Shown here: one piece after another, positions 1 to 8,924 of the stretch
Layout of the letters: each line of letters opens with the position of its first letter
Position numbering within the stretch: position 1 is the first letter of the stretch
Virus record (IMG/VR): IMGVR_UViG_3300032320_000045
Coordinates: 1-25,284 of that record
Length of the DNA: 25,284 bases
Direction: 5' to 3' (one strand)
From: a virus
Taxonomy: Duplodnaviria > Caudoviricetes
The notes under the pieces: model-generated
Database searches by the model: none
The model's input: the letters and a program-made list of their open reading frames with translations, nothing else
What the model was told of the DNA's origin: nothing
Made by a program: the position numbers and the translations under genes

Positions 1-1080
1 ATCTGATACTTGAATGTAGTTTTGAATAACAGGAACGTCTGAAGCGCCATATAGAGTAGCAATATCTACCCCGATTGAGTTAACACCGTCAGCGGCAACC
101 CAGTAATACATACCTCCACCAACTGGTCCAAATATTAGATTTTCACCAAAGTTGGATTGAGACCATAGGCGCAAGTTAACTGTGCTGGGAGTACTAAAGC
201 CCCATGAGCCACTACCCCACGGACCAGCACCCCAGCCAGTTAAAGGCACTTGAATTTCAGAGCCAGTATTGATTTGATACTGAACCGTAACCGTGCCGCC
301 AATACCACTCAATGTAGCCGTTGCGTTTGTAGAAGCCGTGATGGTGTAAGAGTTAGCATCAATCTTAGTCACAACATACGAACCGTTGATGGTCACACCG
401 TTTGTGGTGGTTGTGGATGTAAAAATTGCGTAATCCCCAGTATTACAGCCAGGAGATGTGTCATTGACAGTAATAGTTGGCGATGCTGCCGTCATATTAA
501 AAGGATTGGTTAGCCTTTGGGTGTACTTATATGCGGTAATTGCCACCGTTCCACCGCCTGAAGCAGTAGAACTGGCTGAACTAGCCGTGGTAATTTGGAA
601 CGTATTGGCATCAATACGAGTCACAGAGAACTGTTTATTAAAGTCAACCGCTGGAATTCCGCCTGTAGCAACGGTTACACCAGAGATATTGACCTTGTCG
701 CCTGTGGATAAGTCAGAGCCAGCCCAAGTAACGACAACGGTATTAAGCGTGTTGGTTGTTGCAAACGGATTAGTCAGAGAAGCGGTTGATGTTGTATAGC
801 GCAGAGGGGTGATGTCATAGTAAACACCACCGTTCTCAAGGTAGTATTTGACGGTTGTGCCTACCGCTAGGACGTTTAAAGAACCTAAAGTAATCCAGTT
901 CCACAGGGCACGACATACACCCAAAAAAACAGTTCCTGAAATTTGATACCAGCCACCAATCTTTTCAGGAGTTCCTTGACGAAAACGAACCTTATCGCAC
1001 TCATACCAACCACCTTCGGTTGTATAGCGAGTGTTTTCCCTGTTAACGCCTGATTTAAAGATTATCTTTTTGAGTGGCAT
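1..1080 (-). CDS. Tail/DNA-stabilisation (P22 gp10-like nozzle) protein, 5' part; runs off the left edge
   Basis: Missing from the ORF track because it has no stop in the window. Manual translation from ATG at 1078-1080 gives MPLKKIIFKSGVNRENTRYTTEGGWYECDKVRFRQGTPEKIGGW...GWGAGPWGSGSWG...LRLWSQSNFGENLIF, with no stop in any stretch I translated. Product inferred from remembered podoviral homologues and position. Confidence 0.75.
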   Translation of the reverse strand, partial: MPLKKIIFKSGVNRENTRYTTEGGWYECDKVRFRQGTPEKIGGWYQISGTVFLGVCRALWNWITLGSLNVLAVGTTVKYYLENGGVYYDITPLRYTTSTASLTNPFATTNTLNTVVVTWAGSDLSTGDKVNISGVTVATGGIPAVDFNKQFSVTRIDANTFQITTASSASSTASGGGTVAITAYKYTQRLTNPFNMTAASPTITVNDTSPGCNTGDYAIFTSTTTTNGVTINGSYVVTKIDANSYTITASTNATATLSGIGGTVTVQYQINTGSEIQVPLTGWGAGPWGSGSWGFSTPSTVNLRLWSQSNFGENLIFGPVGGGMYYWVAADGVNSIGVDIATLYGASDVPVIQNYIQVSD

Positions 1081-1088
1081 ATCGAACC

Positions 1089-1520
1089 TTAAGCGTACTG
1101 TCTAGTACCCATTTTATCGATAATCAGGGCTTGTTGGCGAGGTTTATCTTCAGGATGGTTGGGGATGGAGATATGAGTCCAACGGTCAAACTCACGGATA
1201 ATCTGGTCATACCCAATGCCAGAAGCAATCACAGCCTTAACCACTTCGTCAGGTGTCATGCCGGGAACACGCATGTCTGCTGCACAGCCAATACGGTGCT
1301 GGCTGGTATCTTTTGACCCAACCGCATCATTGACTTGTTTAGAGCGGAATGCTGAATTAATCATGATTGGCTTACCGCCTAAGACAGATTTAACCTGCTC
1401 CAAAAAACTAGCAAGCCTGTTTAAATTGGCTAACTCGTCTTGATTTGGCAAATTGTCAAACTGACGGTGGTCAGTATGAGTCAACTCTTCTAAGGAAAAA
1501 TGTGGGCTTAGTTGGGTCAT
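1089..1520 (-). CDS. Endolysin, peptidase M15A-type Zn peptidase
   Basis: Motifs LSPHFSLEEL, INSAFRS..VN.AVG....SQH..G.AAD and W.HIS, i.e. the H-x6-D...H Zn ligands of M15 peptidases. Lies next to membrane-protein genes. Confidence 0.85.
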   Translation of the reverse strand: MTQLSPHFSLEELTHTDHRQFDNLPNQDELANLNRLASFLEQVKSVLGGKPIMINSAFRSKQVNDAVGSKDTSQHRIGCAADMRVPGMTPDEVVKAVIASGIGYDQIIREFDRWTHISIPNHPEDKPRQQALIIDKMGTRQYA

Positions 1521-1780
1521 TTAGATTTACTTCTTTCCTCAAGTAATTTGACCCTAACATGCAGGTCATGTAGTTCTTTATACAATTCTTCACGCATCTT
1601 TGCCCTACGTTCGGCAGAGATTGGGCTGTCTGTAGGGATGCCTTCAGAAGTAATTAGTGCTGGCATCTTGCCTTCAATTTGAGTCAGTCGGGTTTGAAAT
1701 GAGGACACTTGACCGAGTAGCCACGCTATACAGGCTACTAAAATTGGAATAACCGCCTTTAGTACATCTTGCATATTCAT
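1517..1780 (-). CDS. Small membrane protein (N-terminal TM plus coiled coil), lysis-associated
   Basis: Hydrophobic AVIPILVACIAWLLG followed by a helical region. Overlaps the endolysin start by 4 nt. Confidence 0.55.
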   Translation of the reverse strand: MNMQDVLKAVIPILVACIAWLLGQVSSFQTRLTQIEGKMPALITSEGIPTDSPISAERRAKMREELYKELHDLHVRVKLLEERSKSK

Positions 1781-2236
1781 TTAAAACGCTCCCAAAATAA
1801 ACTTTAACCACAGGGTGACAATCAACGCTGCTATAAAACAATAAAACTGCACCCGCCTTACTGCCTTTAAATCGTGCTGGAACTCTTCGTTATCTTTGCG
1901 TTCCATGTTCTCAATGTCCAACTTAATCTTTAGCAGTGCATCCCATTCCTTTGCACCGTACTTTTTTACAAATTCAATCTTTAATCTAGCCTCCTCATCG
2001 GAGATTTGTTTCTTGTGTTTCCACTGTTCTAGAGCCTTTATTAGCGCCCTTTCCTTCCTAAACTCTGCTTCCCGTCTTGCTCTAATTCGTTCTTGTGCTT
2101 GATTCTTTGCTACATCAGTGGCATCTTTTTGAATGCCTTCAATACTTTTAGACAGCCCTTTAGCAGCCTCTCTGCTCGAATCAAGGCTACCGCTTAGAGT
2201 TTTTACTCCTTCGGATAATCCAAATGGGTCTGACAT
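1781..2236 (-). CDS. Coiled-coil protein with C-terminal TM helix, probably lysis-associated
   Basis: Charged helical body ending in FYCFIAALIVTLWLKFILGAF; tightly packed in the operon. Confidence 0.55.
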   Translation of the reverse strand: MSDPFGLSEGVKTLSGSLDSSREAAKGLSKSIEGIQKDATDVAKNQAQERIRARREAEFRKERALIKALEQWKHKKQISDEEARLKIEFVKKYGAKEWDALLKIKLDIENMERKDNEEFQHDLKAVRRVQFYCFIAALIVTLWLKFILGAF

Positions 2237-2239
2237 ACA

Positions 2240-2743
2240 TCATTTTTTCATCATGTCCTGTATTTCTTTTGTCTTGTCTTTACTTCCTTGACTAGAACCG
2301 AAATAAAAGGAGAGGACTTGACCTGCTGCACTAGTGATAAACCCTAATGCAAAAATAATGATTTGCTGTTGGTCTGTTGGGACGTTTTTAAACATCAAAA
2401 TACCAATTAAGAAAAACGCTAGTCCTACCACTCCTAAAGCAAGGATAGGAACAACCATTTTGTCTAATGGAGTTGCGTATTCGCTAGTTGCCACGGCAGC
2501 ATAGGCTTGACGGGCTGAATCACGGTCAGCAACTTCTAGTTTTGCGTATTCAAGGTCAAGTTCTTTTAACTTTAAAGTCATCTCAGGATTACCCATCAAT
2601 GCCTCTGTAACACCTTGAACTGTGCTATCTGGAATGCCTAATTTGTCAGCAATCCAGCCTACGGCTAACCCACCAGCAGGTCCAGCCACGGCAGTGGCTA
2701 GGGCAGGGGCAACACCTTTAAGTATCGAAAGTAATGTATCCAT
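2240..2743 (-). CDS. Holin-like membrane protein (3TM-holin-like)
   Basis: N-terminal APALATAVAGPAGGLA, a DRDSAR motif, two TM helices and terminal YFGSS. Sits upstream of the endolysin. Confidence 0.6.
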   Translation of the reverse strand: MDTLLSILKGVAPALATAVAGPAGGLAVGWIADKLGIPDSTVQGVTEALMGNPEMTLKLKELDLEYAKLEVADRDSARQAYAAVATSEYATPLDKMVVPILALGVVGLAFFLIGILMFKNVPTDQQQIIIFALGFITSAAGQVLSFYFGSSQGSKDKTKEIQDMMKK

Positions 2744-2745
2744 GA

Positions 2746-3126
2746 TTACGCTTTATTAAAGTAAAGGTTGATTTCTCCACCTAGAGTAAATCCGTCCCAC
2801 GGAACTACTTGAGACCCTCCATTAGTGGTTTGTGACCAGCGATAGCCGTTTGCTCCGCCAATCAACGCAATGCTTTGGTCATTTTCTGGAAGCCAGCCAC
2901 GGTCTGAATAAACCCCAGAGTCTGGTCCAAAGTTTAAACCGCCTTCCATGTAATACACGTTGGGGGTAGACCAGAACTTCAATGCGTTGGCATTGTTAGG
3001 GTCTTCCGTTGTCCATGTATAAGATTGACTTGGCGCAATGGTTGTTAACTGTCCAGCATCGTTATTCACCACGTCAATGCTGTACGTGGTGTTATTTTGA
3101 ATTGTCACTTTTACAGACCAAGTCAT
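2746..3126 (-). CDS. Hypothetical beta-rich protein
   Basis: 126-aa ORF co-oriented and tightly packed with its neighbours; rich in Asn/Thr/Trp/Gly. Confidence 0.6.
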   Translation of the reverse strand: MTWSVKVTIQNNTTYSIDVVNNDAGQLTTIAPSQSYTWTTEDPNNANALKFWSTPNVYYMEGGLNFGPDSGVYSDRGWLPENDQSIALIGGANGYRWSQTTNGGSQVVPWDGFTLGGEINLYFNKA

Positions 3127-3133
3127 AACGCAC

Positions 3134-3268
3134 CTATTCAGTTGGTTGTTGTTCTTTTACTTCTTTTTGCAACGCATCAATTAATTGGAACACCTCTTGA
3201 TAAGGACGTGTTCCTAAGTAATTAATCAATGCATTTAAAAGACCAGCGGAGATTTGATGTTTATCCAT
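3134..3268 (-). CDS. Small helical protein (44 aa), possible fibre-associated chaperone
   Basis: The real start is probably ATG at 3266-3268, just after the stop of the fibre gene: MDKHQISAGLLNALINYLGTRPYQEVFQLIDALQKEVKEQQPTE. The track's longer version overlaps the fibre gene out of frame. Confidence 0.65.
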   Translation of the reverse strand: MDKHQISAGLLNALINYLGTRPYQEVFQLIDALQKEVKEQQPTE

Positions 3269-3270
3269 GA

Positions 3271-4284
3271 TTAACCAGTAAACGTTCCAGAAGATGTAAA
3301 TGTATGAATTGTGTAGCCGCCAGACGATGTAACAGTTCCGCCAGAACCTTTTTGTGAGCCAAGATAACGAAGAATTACAGTTCCAGAGCCACCATTTCCA
3401 CCGCCAGTAGCGCCTCCTCCAGAACCACAACCACCTCCACCACCGCCTGTGTTTGCAGTTGCATTTTGTCCAACATAACTATTTGCAGTGCCTCCACCTG
3501 CACCGCCTCCACCAGTGGCAGTACTTGCTGTGGTTGTATAACTACCACCACCTCCACCACCGCCACGAGTTGTTGCTGAACCATTAATTGATGAAGAAAC
3601 ACCAGAGCCGCCACTACCGCCCGGAGCAGTTGTACTTGTTCCGTTTCCACCTACACCACCTGCGCCACCGCCACCAGCGGCAGAATATCCACCTGTGCCT
3701 TTTGCTCCACCAGCATAGCCTTGGTTTGCTGTGCCTGAGCCGGGGTCTGTAGCAAGATAAGCACCACCGCCACCGCCAGAGCCACCAGATGCGCCACCAG
3801 TATTTCCTGCTGATGAGCCGCCACCGCCACCTACAGATGTAATGGAACCAAAAACAGAATTAGAGCCATTTGTTCCTGTTTGATTGCTTGATGTTGAACC
3901 AGCCGCACCACCAGCGCCAACAGTTACTGTATAAGCAGTAAGAGATGTAACCGTAATTGGTGATTCAGCAGAACCGCCACCGCCAGAAGATTCGCCAGAA
4001 ACAGAAGAGCGATAGCCTCCCGCACCGCCACCGCCACCGCCACCGTTGCTGTTGTTTGTATTGCTTGAACCACCGCCAGCGCCACCAGCAATTACAAGGT
4101 ATTCAACAGAATAACTTGCTACATCAGAAAATGAAACCCAAGAACCAGATGATGTGCTATACCACTCCATTTGGTTAAGAGTGGTGTTTAAACCAAACTG
4201 ACCATTAGATGGCGAGGCAGGGCGACCAGCAGTAGTCCATGATGATGGGGTAGTGCCGTCTGTGCCGCTAAATATTTGAGGCAT
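3271..4284 (-). CDS. Glycine-rich tail fibre/adhesin protein, paralogue 3
   Basis: TTAGRPASP module, YLVIAGGAGGG, many GGGGG runs, C-terminal GYTIHTFTSSGTF. Confidence 0.75.
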   Translation of the reverse strand: MPQIFSGTDGTTPSSWTTAGRPASPSNGQFGLNTTLNQMEWYSTSSGSWVSFSDVASYSVEYLVIAGGAGGGSSNTNNSNGGGGGGGAGGYRSSVSGESSGGGGSAESPITVTSLTAYTVTVGAGGAAGSTSSNQTGTNGSNSVFGSITSVGGGGGSSAGNTGGASGGSGGGGGAYLATDPGSGTANQGYAGGAKGTGGYSAAGGGGAGGVGGNGTSTTAPGGSGGSGVSSSINGSATTRGGGGGGGSYTTTASTATGGGGAGGGTANSYVGQNATANTGGGGGGCGSGGGATGGGNGGSGTVILRYLGSQKGSGGTVTSSGGYTIHTFTSSGTFTG

Positions 4285-4297
4285 GGCTATTCCTTAA

Positions 4298-4651
4298 TTA
4301 AACTTGTTCAGTTACAACCCAAGAAGTTGTAGCCTCGTCCCATGCATAAGGACCGCCAGTAGTAGGCATTGCTACAGGGGCATCCCATAGGCAAGTGGAA
4401 TCATTTAGAGTCCAAGATGCGAATGGTTTTGGAGGAATAAATGCATCACGGGTACGGTCATAAGTAAAACCAATACCAGCGTAGTTCTTACGCAATGGAG
4501 TTCCACCATTAGCATGAACGCCACCATGAGTGTTATATGAAGTCTGAATCCACTCACCGGGGCTTGAATCCACGAATGTTGTGAAGAATTCTTGTTCGGC
4601 AACGATAACTTGCGTTACTTTACCGTCCACTACTTTTGCAAAATGTGCCAT
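4298..4651 (-). CDS. Fibre-associated protein (tail fibre assembly-like)
   Basis: MAHFAKV...WIQTSYN...RKNYAGIG.TYD...AFIPPKP..SW.L with a Trp-rich C-terminus; lies between Gly-rich fibre genes. Confidence 0.55.
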   Translation of the reverse strand: MAHFAKVVDGKVTQVIVAEQEFFTTFVDSSPGEWIQTSYNTHGGVHANGGTPLRKNYAGIGFTYDRTRDAFIPPKPFASWTLNDSTCLWDAPVAMPTTGGPYAWDEATTSWVVTEQV

Positions 4652-4675
4652 TTGATTGCTCCTTTAAAAGATTAA

Positions 4676-5689
4676 TTAGGCAGTGTATGTGCCAGAAGTT
4701 GTAAATGTATGGTAGGTGTAGCCGCCAGTAAACGTGACAGTTCCGCCAGTTCCACGTTGCGAACCAGCATAACGAACAATCACAATACCAGAGCCGCCAG
4801 CGCCGCCACTAGAGGCGCTACCGTTTGCTGACCCACCTCCACCTCCAGTGTTTGCAGTTCCTGCTGTGGCATTACTTGTAGTGTTGCCGTTGCCGCCACC
4901 ACCTGTGCCACCAGACCCCGGTCCGCTGTTTGCACCACCACCGCCACCGCCAGCATAGTAAGTGCCAAGTGACTGCCAATTGAGACCAGCCGCTCCGTTT
5001 ACATTTGTTGCGGCTCCACTTGCTCCGCCACCGCCACCGCCTTGATAGTTTGGCGCATCATTACCTGACGCTCCTGCGTAACCTTGACCAGAAGTGCCTG
5101 AACCCGGATTTGCATATGAATTGCTATCAGCACCGCCTCCACCGCCAGAACCTCCAGAACCTCCAGCACGATAACTACGAGCGCCGCCATATCCGCCACC
5201 CGTTGCTGTTGCAACGGAACTAATTGAACTATCAGAGCCGTTTGTATTGCTGTTTCCACTACTGGTACTACCACCAGCACCAACAGTTACGGTGTAACTT
5301 TGAGCAGAATTTAATGTTGCATTGTTTGACAAATAACCGCCAGCGCCACCGCCACCGCCGTTTGATGCAGTACCACCACCACCACCAGCAACTATAAGAT
5401 AGTCAACCGTATATGTTGCAGATGAACTAAATGGAAGCCATGCAGATGCAGTGCTGCTATACCACTCAGGATAACCAAGAGTTGAGTTGTAACGAGTTTG
5501 ACCCGAAGCAGGGCTGGATGGGCGTTGAGCAGTTGTTCCTGTAGGCAAAGTCATAGCGCCAGTAACGTTAGCCATAGAGACTAAACCGCTAGTTGCTTGA
5601 AGTTCTAACGTACCGCTAGTATCCGCAGTGGACTTTATCCCTGCGCTTCCTGAAACTACTCCGTCATCCGCTTTAATTATTGATGTCAT
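4676..5689 (-). CDS. Glycine-rich tail fibre/adhesin protein, paralogue 2
   Basis: GTTAQRPSSP module, YLIVAGGGGG, C-terminal GYTYHTFTTSGTYTA. Confidence 0.75.
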   Translation of the reverse strand: MTSIIKADDGVVSGSAGIKSTADTSGTLELQATSGLVSMANVTGAMTLPTGTTAQRPSSPASGQTRYNSTLGYPEWYSSTASAWLPFSSSATYTVDYLIVAGGGGGTASNGGGGGAGGYLSNNATLNSAQSYTVTVGAGGSTSSGNSNTNGSDSSISSVATATGGGYGGARSYRAGGSGGSGGGGGADSNSYANPGSGTSGQGYAGASGNDAPNYQGGGGGGASGAATNVNGAAGLNWQSLGTYYAGGGGGGANSGPGSGGTGGGGNGNTTSNATAGTANTGGGGGSANGSASSGGAGGSGIVIVRYAGSQRGTGGTVTFTGGYTYHTFTTSGTYTA

Positions 5690-5699
5690 TGTCTATTCC

Positions 5700-6737
5700 T
5701 TAAGCAGTGTATGTGCCAGAAGATGTAAAGGTGTGAATGGTGTAACCACCAGATGATGTTACTGTTCCGCCAGTTCCTCTTTGTGAGCCAGCGTAGCGAA
5801 TAATCACAATTCCAGAACCACCGTTACCAGATGGTCCACTTCCACTTGACCAAAATCCACCACCCCCACCGCCAGTATTAGCAGTGCCATTTCCACCTGG
5901 ACCGGGAAACACACCGTTGCCACCACCACCATTGCCACCGGGCTGTGGACCGCCAGAAACTGGAGCGCCACCACCGCCACCTGCACGGAAAGTGGCTGTT
6001 CCATTAATTGAAGATGAAACGCCTACACCGCCATTTGCTGTGCCTGAATATCCATTTCCTCCTGCACCTCCTGCACCGCCACCACCACCAGCGGCATAAC
6101 CGCCAGCGTAGCCTTGCCCAGCAGTACCAACTCCTGTGTTGCTACCCGCACCGCTTGCCGCTCCACCACCAGAGCCACCAGATGCACCATTTTGTGTGCC
6201 AGCACTATAAAATCCACCACCGCCACCGCCAAGCGATGTAATAGAGGCAAAAACAGAATTTGAACCAGAAAGAGGTGGGCTTTGAGATGTACTTGTTGTA
6301 CCTGTTGCGCCAGCGCCAATAGTGACTGTATAAGCAGTGCCGGGAGTTACTGTTAAAACAGCCTCTGCGGATGCCCCACCACCTGAAGATTCTCCAACAA
6401 CAGAAGAGCGATAGCCACCAGCACCGCCACCAGCCTCATATCCACCCGCTCCACCACCAGCAATAACCAGCGACTCAACGGAATATATAAAACTACTAAT
6501 AGTATTCCATGCCCCGTTTGCATATATTTCTGTGGCGTTTGTTGTTGTGTTTACACGAAAATCACCAGTTGATGGAGACGCTGGACGTTGTGCGGTAGTT
6601 CCTGATGGAATTTGCAAAGCGCCAGTGGTATTAATTTGAACTCGTCCAGAATCAGGAGTAAGGACAAGATTACCTGTCGTATCCGCAGTATTTACTAGCG
6701 CTGTAGTTGTCGTGGTTCCTGCTCGTATAGTGCTCAT
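5700..6737 (-). CDS. Glycine-rich tail fibre/adhesin protein, paralogue 1
   Basis: GTTAQRPASP module, LVIAGGGAGG, C-terminal GYTIHTFTSSGTYTA. Confidence 0.75.
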   Translation of the reverse strand: MSTIRAGTTTTTALVNTADTTGNLVLTPDSGRVQINTTGALQIPSGTTAQRPASPSTGDFRVNTTTNATEIYANGAWNTISSFIYSVESLVIAGGGAGGYEAGGGAGGYRSSVVGESSGGGASAEAVLTVTPGTAYTVTIGAGATGTTSTSQSPPLSGSNSVFASITSLGGGGGGFYSAGTQNGASGGSGGGAASGAGSNTGVGTAGQGYAGGYAAGGGGGAGGAGGNGYSGTANGGVGVSSSINGTATFRAGGGGGAPVSGGPQPGGNGGGGNGVFPGPGGNGTANTGGGGGGFWSSGSGPSGNGGSGIVIIRYAGSQRGTGGTVTSSGGYTIHTFTSSGTYTA

Positions 6738-6746
6738 TCTTGCTCC

Positions 6747-7961
6747 TTAAATGACGACCCAAGTCTGACCAGACGACAATGTAATGGTTGTGCCATCTGC
6801 TATCGTGATTGGTCCTACTGAGAAAGCGTTAAATCCTGTTCCAATTGTATAGTTCGTATCGGCTGTTGTCCCGTTTACGATGAATCCATTTGCCGAAACC
6901 ATGACCTTTGACTTTAATTCACCTGATAATGGTGTGTAAAGTAGGTTCGCATTGCCTGTGTAAATAGTCTGAGCCGTGCCTGATGTTGCAGAAGCAAATA
7001 ATGGGTAGCGAACACTGGCAGTTGTTGTGTCATTGACTAGCGCTGCGCCACCAACTGATGCCCAAACCGTGCCGTTATAACCCTCAAACTCATTGGTTGT
7101 AGAGTTAAACCGCAACATAGCCGCAGTAGGACTTACTGGACGTTGAGCCGTAGTACCAGAACTAATAGTCAAAGCACCGTTAGACGAGAAGATTGAATTG
7201 CCCGGCACGGTAATGCTGGTGTTCCATACAGGAATACCGCCTGAAATCTGTAATACTGCATTGGTAGAACCAGCCGCAAGAAATGTTGTGGTACTTGGGG
7301 CAGATTGATACGGTAGTGAACCTGCTGCTCCACCTGATAAGTTAGTAACAACTAACGAACTTTGTGCAGCCCAAACAGGGGCGCTGCCGTTAGAAGTTAG
7401 AACATAACCGTTTAAACCAATACCAAGTTTAGAAAATGCTGTTCCTGATGCGTAATACATCATGTCGCCAGCAGTAAACGAGGCTAAACCTGTGCCGCCA
7501 CTGCTTGTTAAAAGAGGATTACTAAGGCTTAAAGTGCCAATAGTCATGGTTGGCTGGTACGTAGCAGCAGCAGTGACGTTTGTTCCGTCTACATAAACCG
7601 CACATTTAAAGCCGTTTAAAACGGTTATGCCTGTTCCTGCGGAAGTCTTTACCAAAATTGAATAACCACCCGTGGTGTTGTTCTCAATAACGTAGTTTTT
7701 AAGAATATTAGGAACAATTAAACTGCGAACGGCAGTGTTTGTCCCTGTGCAATTTAAGTAAACATTGCGAAAAGTCTGTGAAGTATTGAGCGCTACAGGG
7801 GTTAGAGTAACGTTTGCATCCGCAAAAGGAACGTTAGCCCTACCTACAATAGAGTCCTCAAACGCATACTGATAGGTAGTATTGGTCGTGTTTCCCCAGA
7901 CACCTGTCTGTTCGCCAGTGCCTATTAATTCAATATATAGATTGGATGAAAATGTTGACAT
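6747..7961 (-). CDS. Tail fibre protein (proximal/shaft)
   Basis: N-terminal IELIGTGEQTGVWG.TTN, a SSGGTG...GD..YASG shaft motif and a GTTAQRP module; Thr/Ser/Gly-rich. Confidence 0.7.
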   Translation of the reverse strand: MSTFSSNLYIELIGTGEQTGVWGNTTNTTYQYAFEDSIVGRANVPFADANVTLTPVALNTSQTFRNVYLNCTGTNTAVRSLIVPNILKNYVIENNTTGGYSILVKTSAGTGITVLNGFKCAVYVDGTNVTAAATYQPTMTIGTLSLSNPLLTSSGGTGLASFTAGDMMYYASGTAFSKLGIGLNGYVLTSNGSAPVWAAQSSLVVTNLSGGAAGSLPYQSAPSTTTFLAAGSTNAVLQISGGIPVWNTSITVPGNSIFSSNGALTISSGTTAQRPVSPTAAMLRFNSTTNEFEGYNGTVWASVGGAALVNDTTTASVRYPLFASATSGTAQTIYTGNANLLYTPLSGELKSKVMVSANGFIVNGTTADTNYTIGTGFNAFSVGPITIADGTTITLSSGQTWVVI

Positions 7962-7967
7962 CTTTCC

Positions 7968-8924
7968 CTAGCCCGTATTTATTTGAGTCCAATTCGGTGT
8001 TTGGGAATTATTAATACTACCCCAATTAGCAGTCTGTCCATTGTTAATGGAACCCCAAGAAGGGTTTTGACTATCGTCAATCTTAAACCAACCGGTAGCG
8101 TTTGCATAGGCTGTTAGCACCATTAATTCGCTAACTGCTCCAATGAATAGCGCCTGTCCAATTTCTGAGTCAGTCAATGCGAACGATTCATTCCTTACCA
8201 AAGGTAAGAAAGTGTTGCCCGTCTGAGTGTCTGCTAAACCAAATGATTCTTCTGTTGTTCCAAAGAACGTAAACGAGGCATCTTCAACAACGCTTAACGT
8301 GAAGTTTTCAGCCTGTGCTCCAACAAATGCAGCAAGAACGTTCTGTGCATCTGCTAATCCAAAGAATTCGCCCCTTGTTACTGGGTAATTAACGTTGCCA
8401 GTTTCACTATCAGACAGCGCAAAAGTCTCTAGTTGCTCCCCAACAAACACAACAGTGACTGTTTGTGAGTCGGTTAATGTCATTAATTCCGATACAGAAC
8501 CAGCAAACACAACCGTGACATTTTCACTGTCGGTTAGTGTAGTGCTTTCTGAAACAGAAACTGGATAAGTAGCATTACCAGTTTGACTATCCGTTAGGGT
8601 AAACGTCTCTGTATTGGTAACAAGGAAATTGACGTTTCCAGTTTGGGTGTCTGTTACTGCAAATGTTTCAGTAACCGCTATAACAAATGTGGCATTTCCT
8701 GTCTGTGAATCCGTCAGAGCAAAAGACTCAACCGTATTTCCAAGGAAAGTGAACGAGCCTACTTGTGTATCTGTTAGAGTAAATGACTCCGAAACTACGC
8801 CTGATAAAATGGCAGCAACGCTTTGTGCATCAGTTAACGCAAATGATTCACTAACAGAGTCAGCAAAAGCCGCCCCACCCAATGCTGAAAAAGGGCTTTG
8901 GGAAAAGGTGGTTATGCCAAACAT
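7968..8924 (-). CDS. Virion protein made of about 13 tandem 20-aa repeats
   Basis: Repeat unit like xESFALTDSQTGNATFxxxV visible in the translation; located among tail genes. Confidence 0.65.
   Translation of the reverse strand: MFGITTFSQSPFSALGGAAFADSVSESFALTDAQSVAAILSGVVSESFTLTDTQVGSFTFLGNTVESFALTDSQTGNATFVIAVTETFAVTDTQTGNVNFLVTNTETFTLTDSQTGNATYPVSVSESTTLTDSENVTVVFAGSVSELMTLTDSQTVTVVFVGEQLETFALSDSETGNVNYPVTRGEFFGLADAQNVLAAFVGAQAENFTLSVVEDASFTFFGTTEESFGLADTQTGNTFLPLVRNESFALTDSEIGQALFIGAVSELMVLTAYANATGWFKIDDSQNPSWGSINNGQTANWGSINNSQTPNWTQINTG

Noticed and set aside
3269-3430. N-terminal extension MWFWRRRYWRW... of ORF 3134..3430
   Set aside because: It is an out-of-frame reading of the glycine codons of the fibre gene; the real start is probably 3268.
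3390-6460. (CCA/CCG)n microsatellite-like or CRISPR-like repeats
   Set aside because: These are glycine codon runs on the minus strand, with no repeat-spacer structure.
3271-6737. Diversity-generating retroelement acting on the fibre C-termini
   Set aside because: No reverse transcriptase in the window, and the paralogue ends differ mostly at synonymous positions rather than adenine-specific ones.
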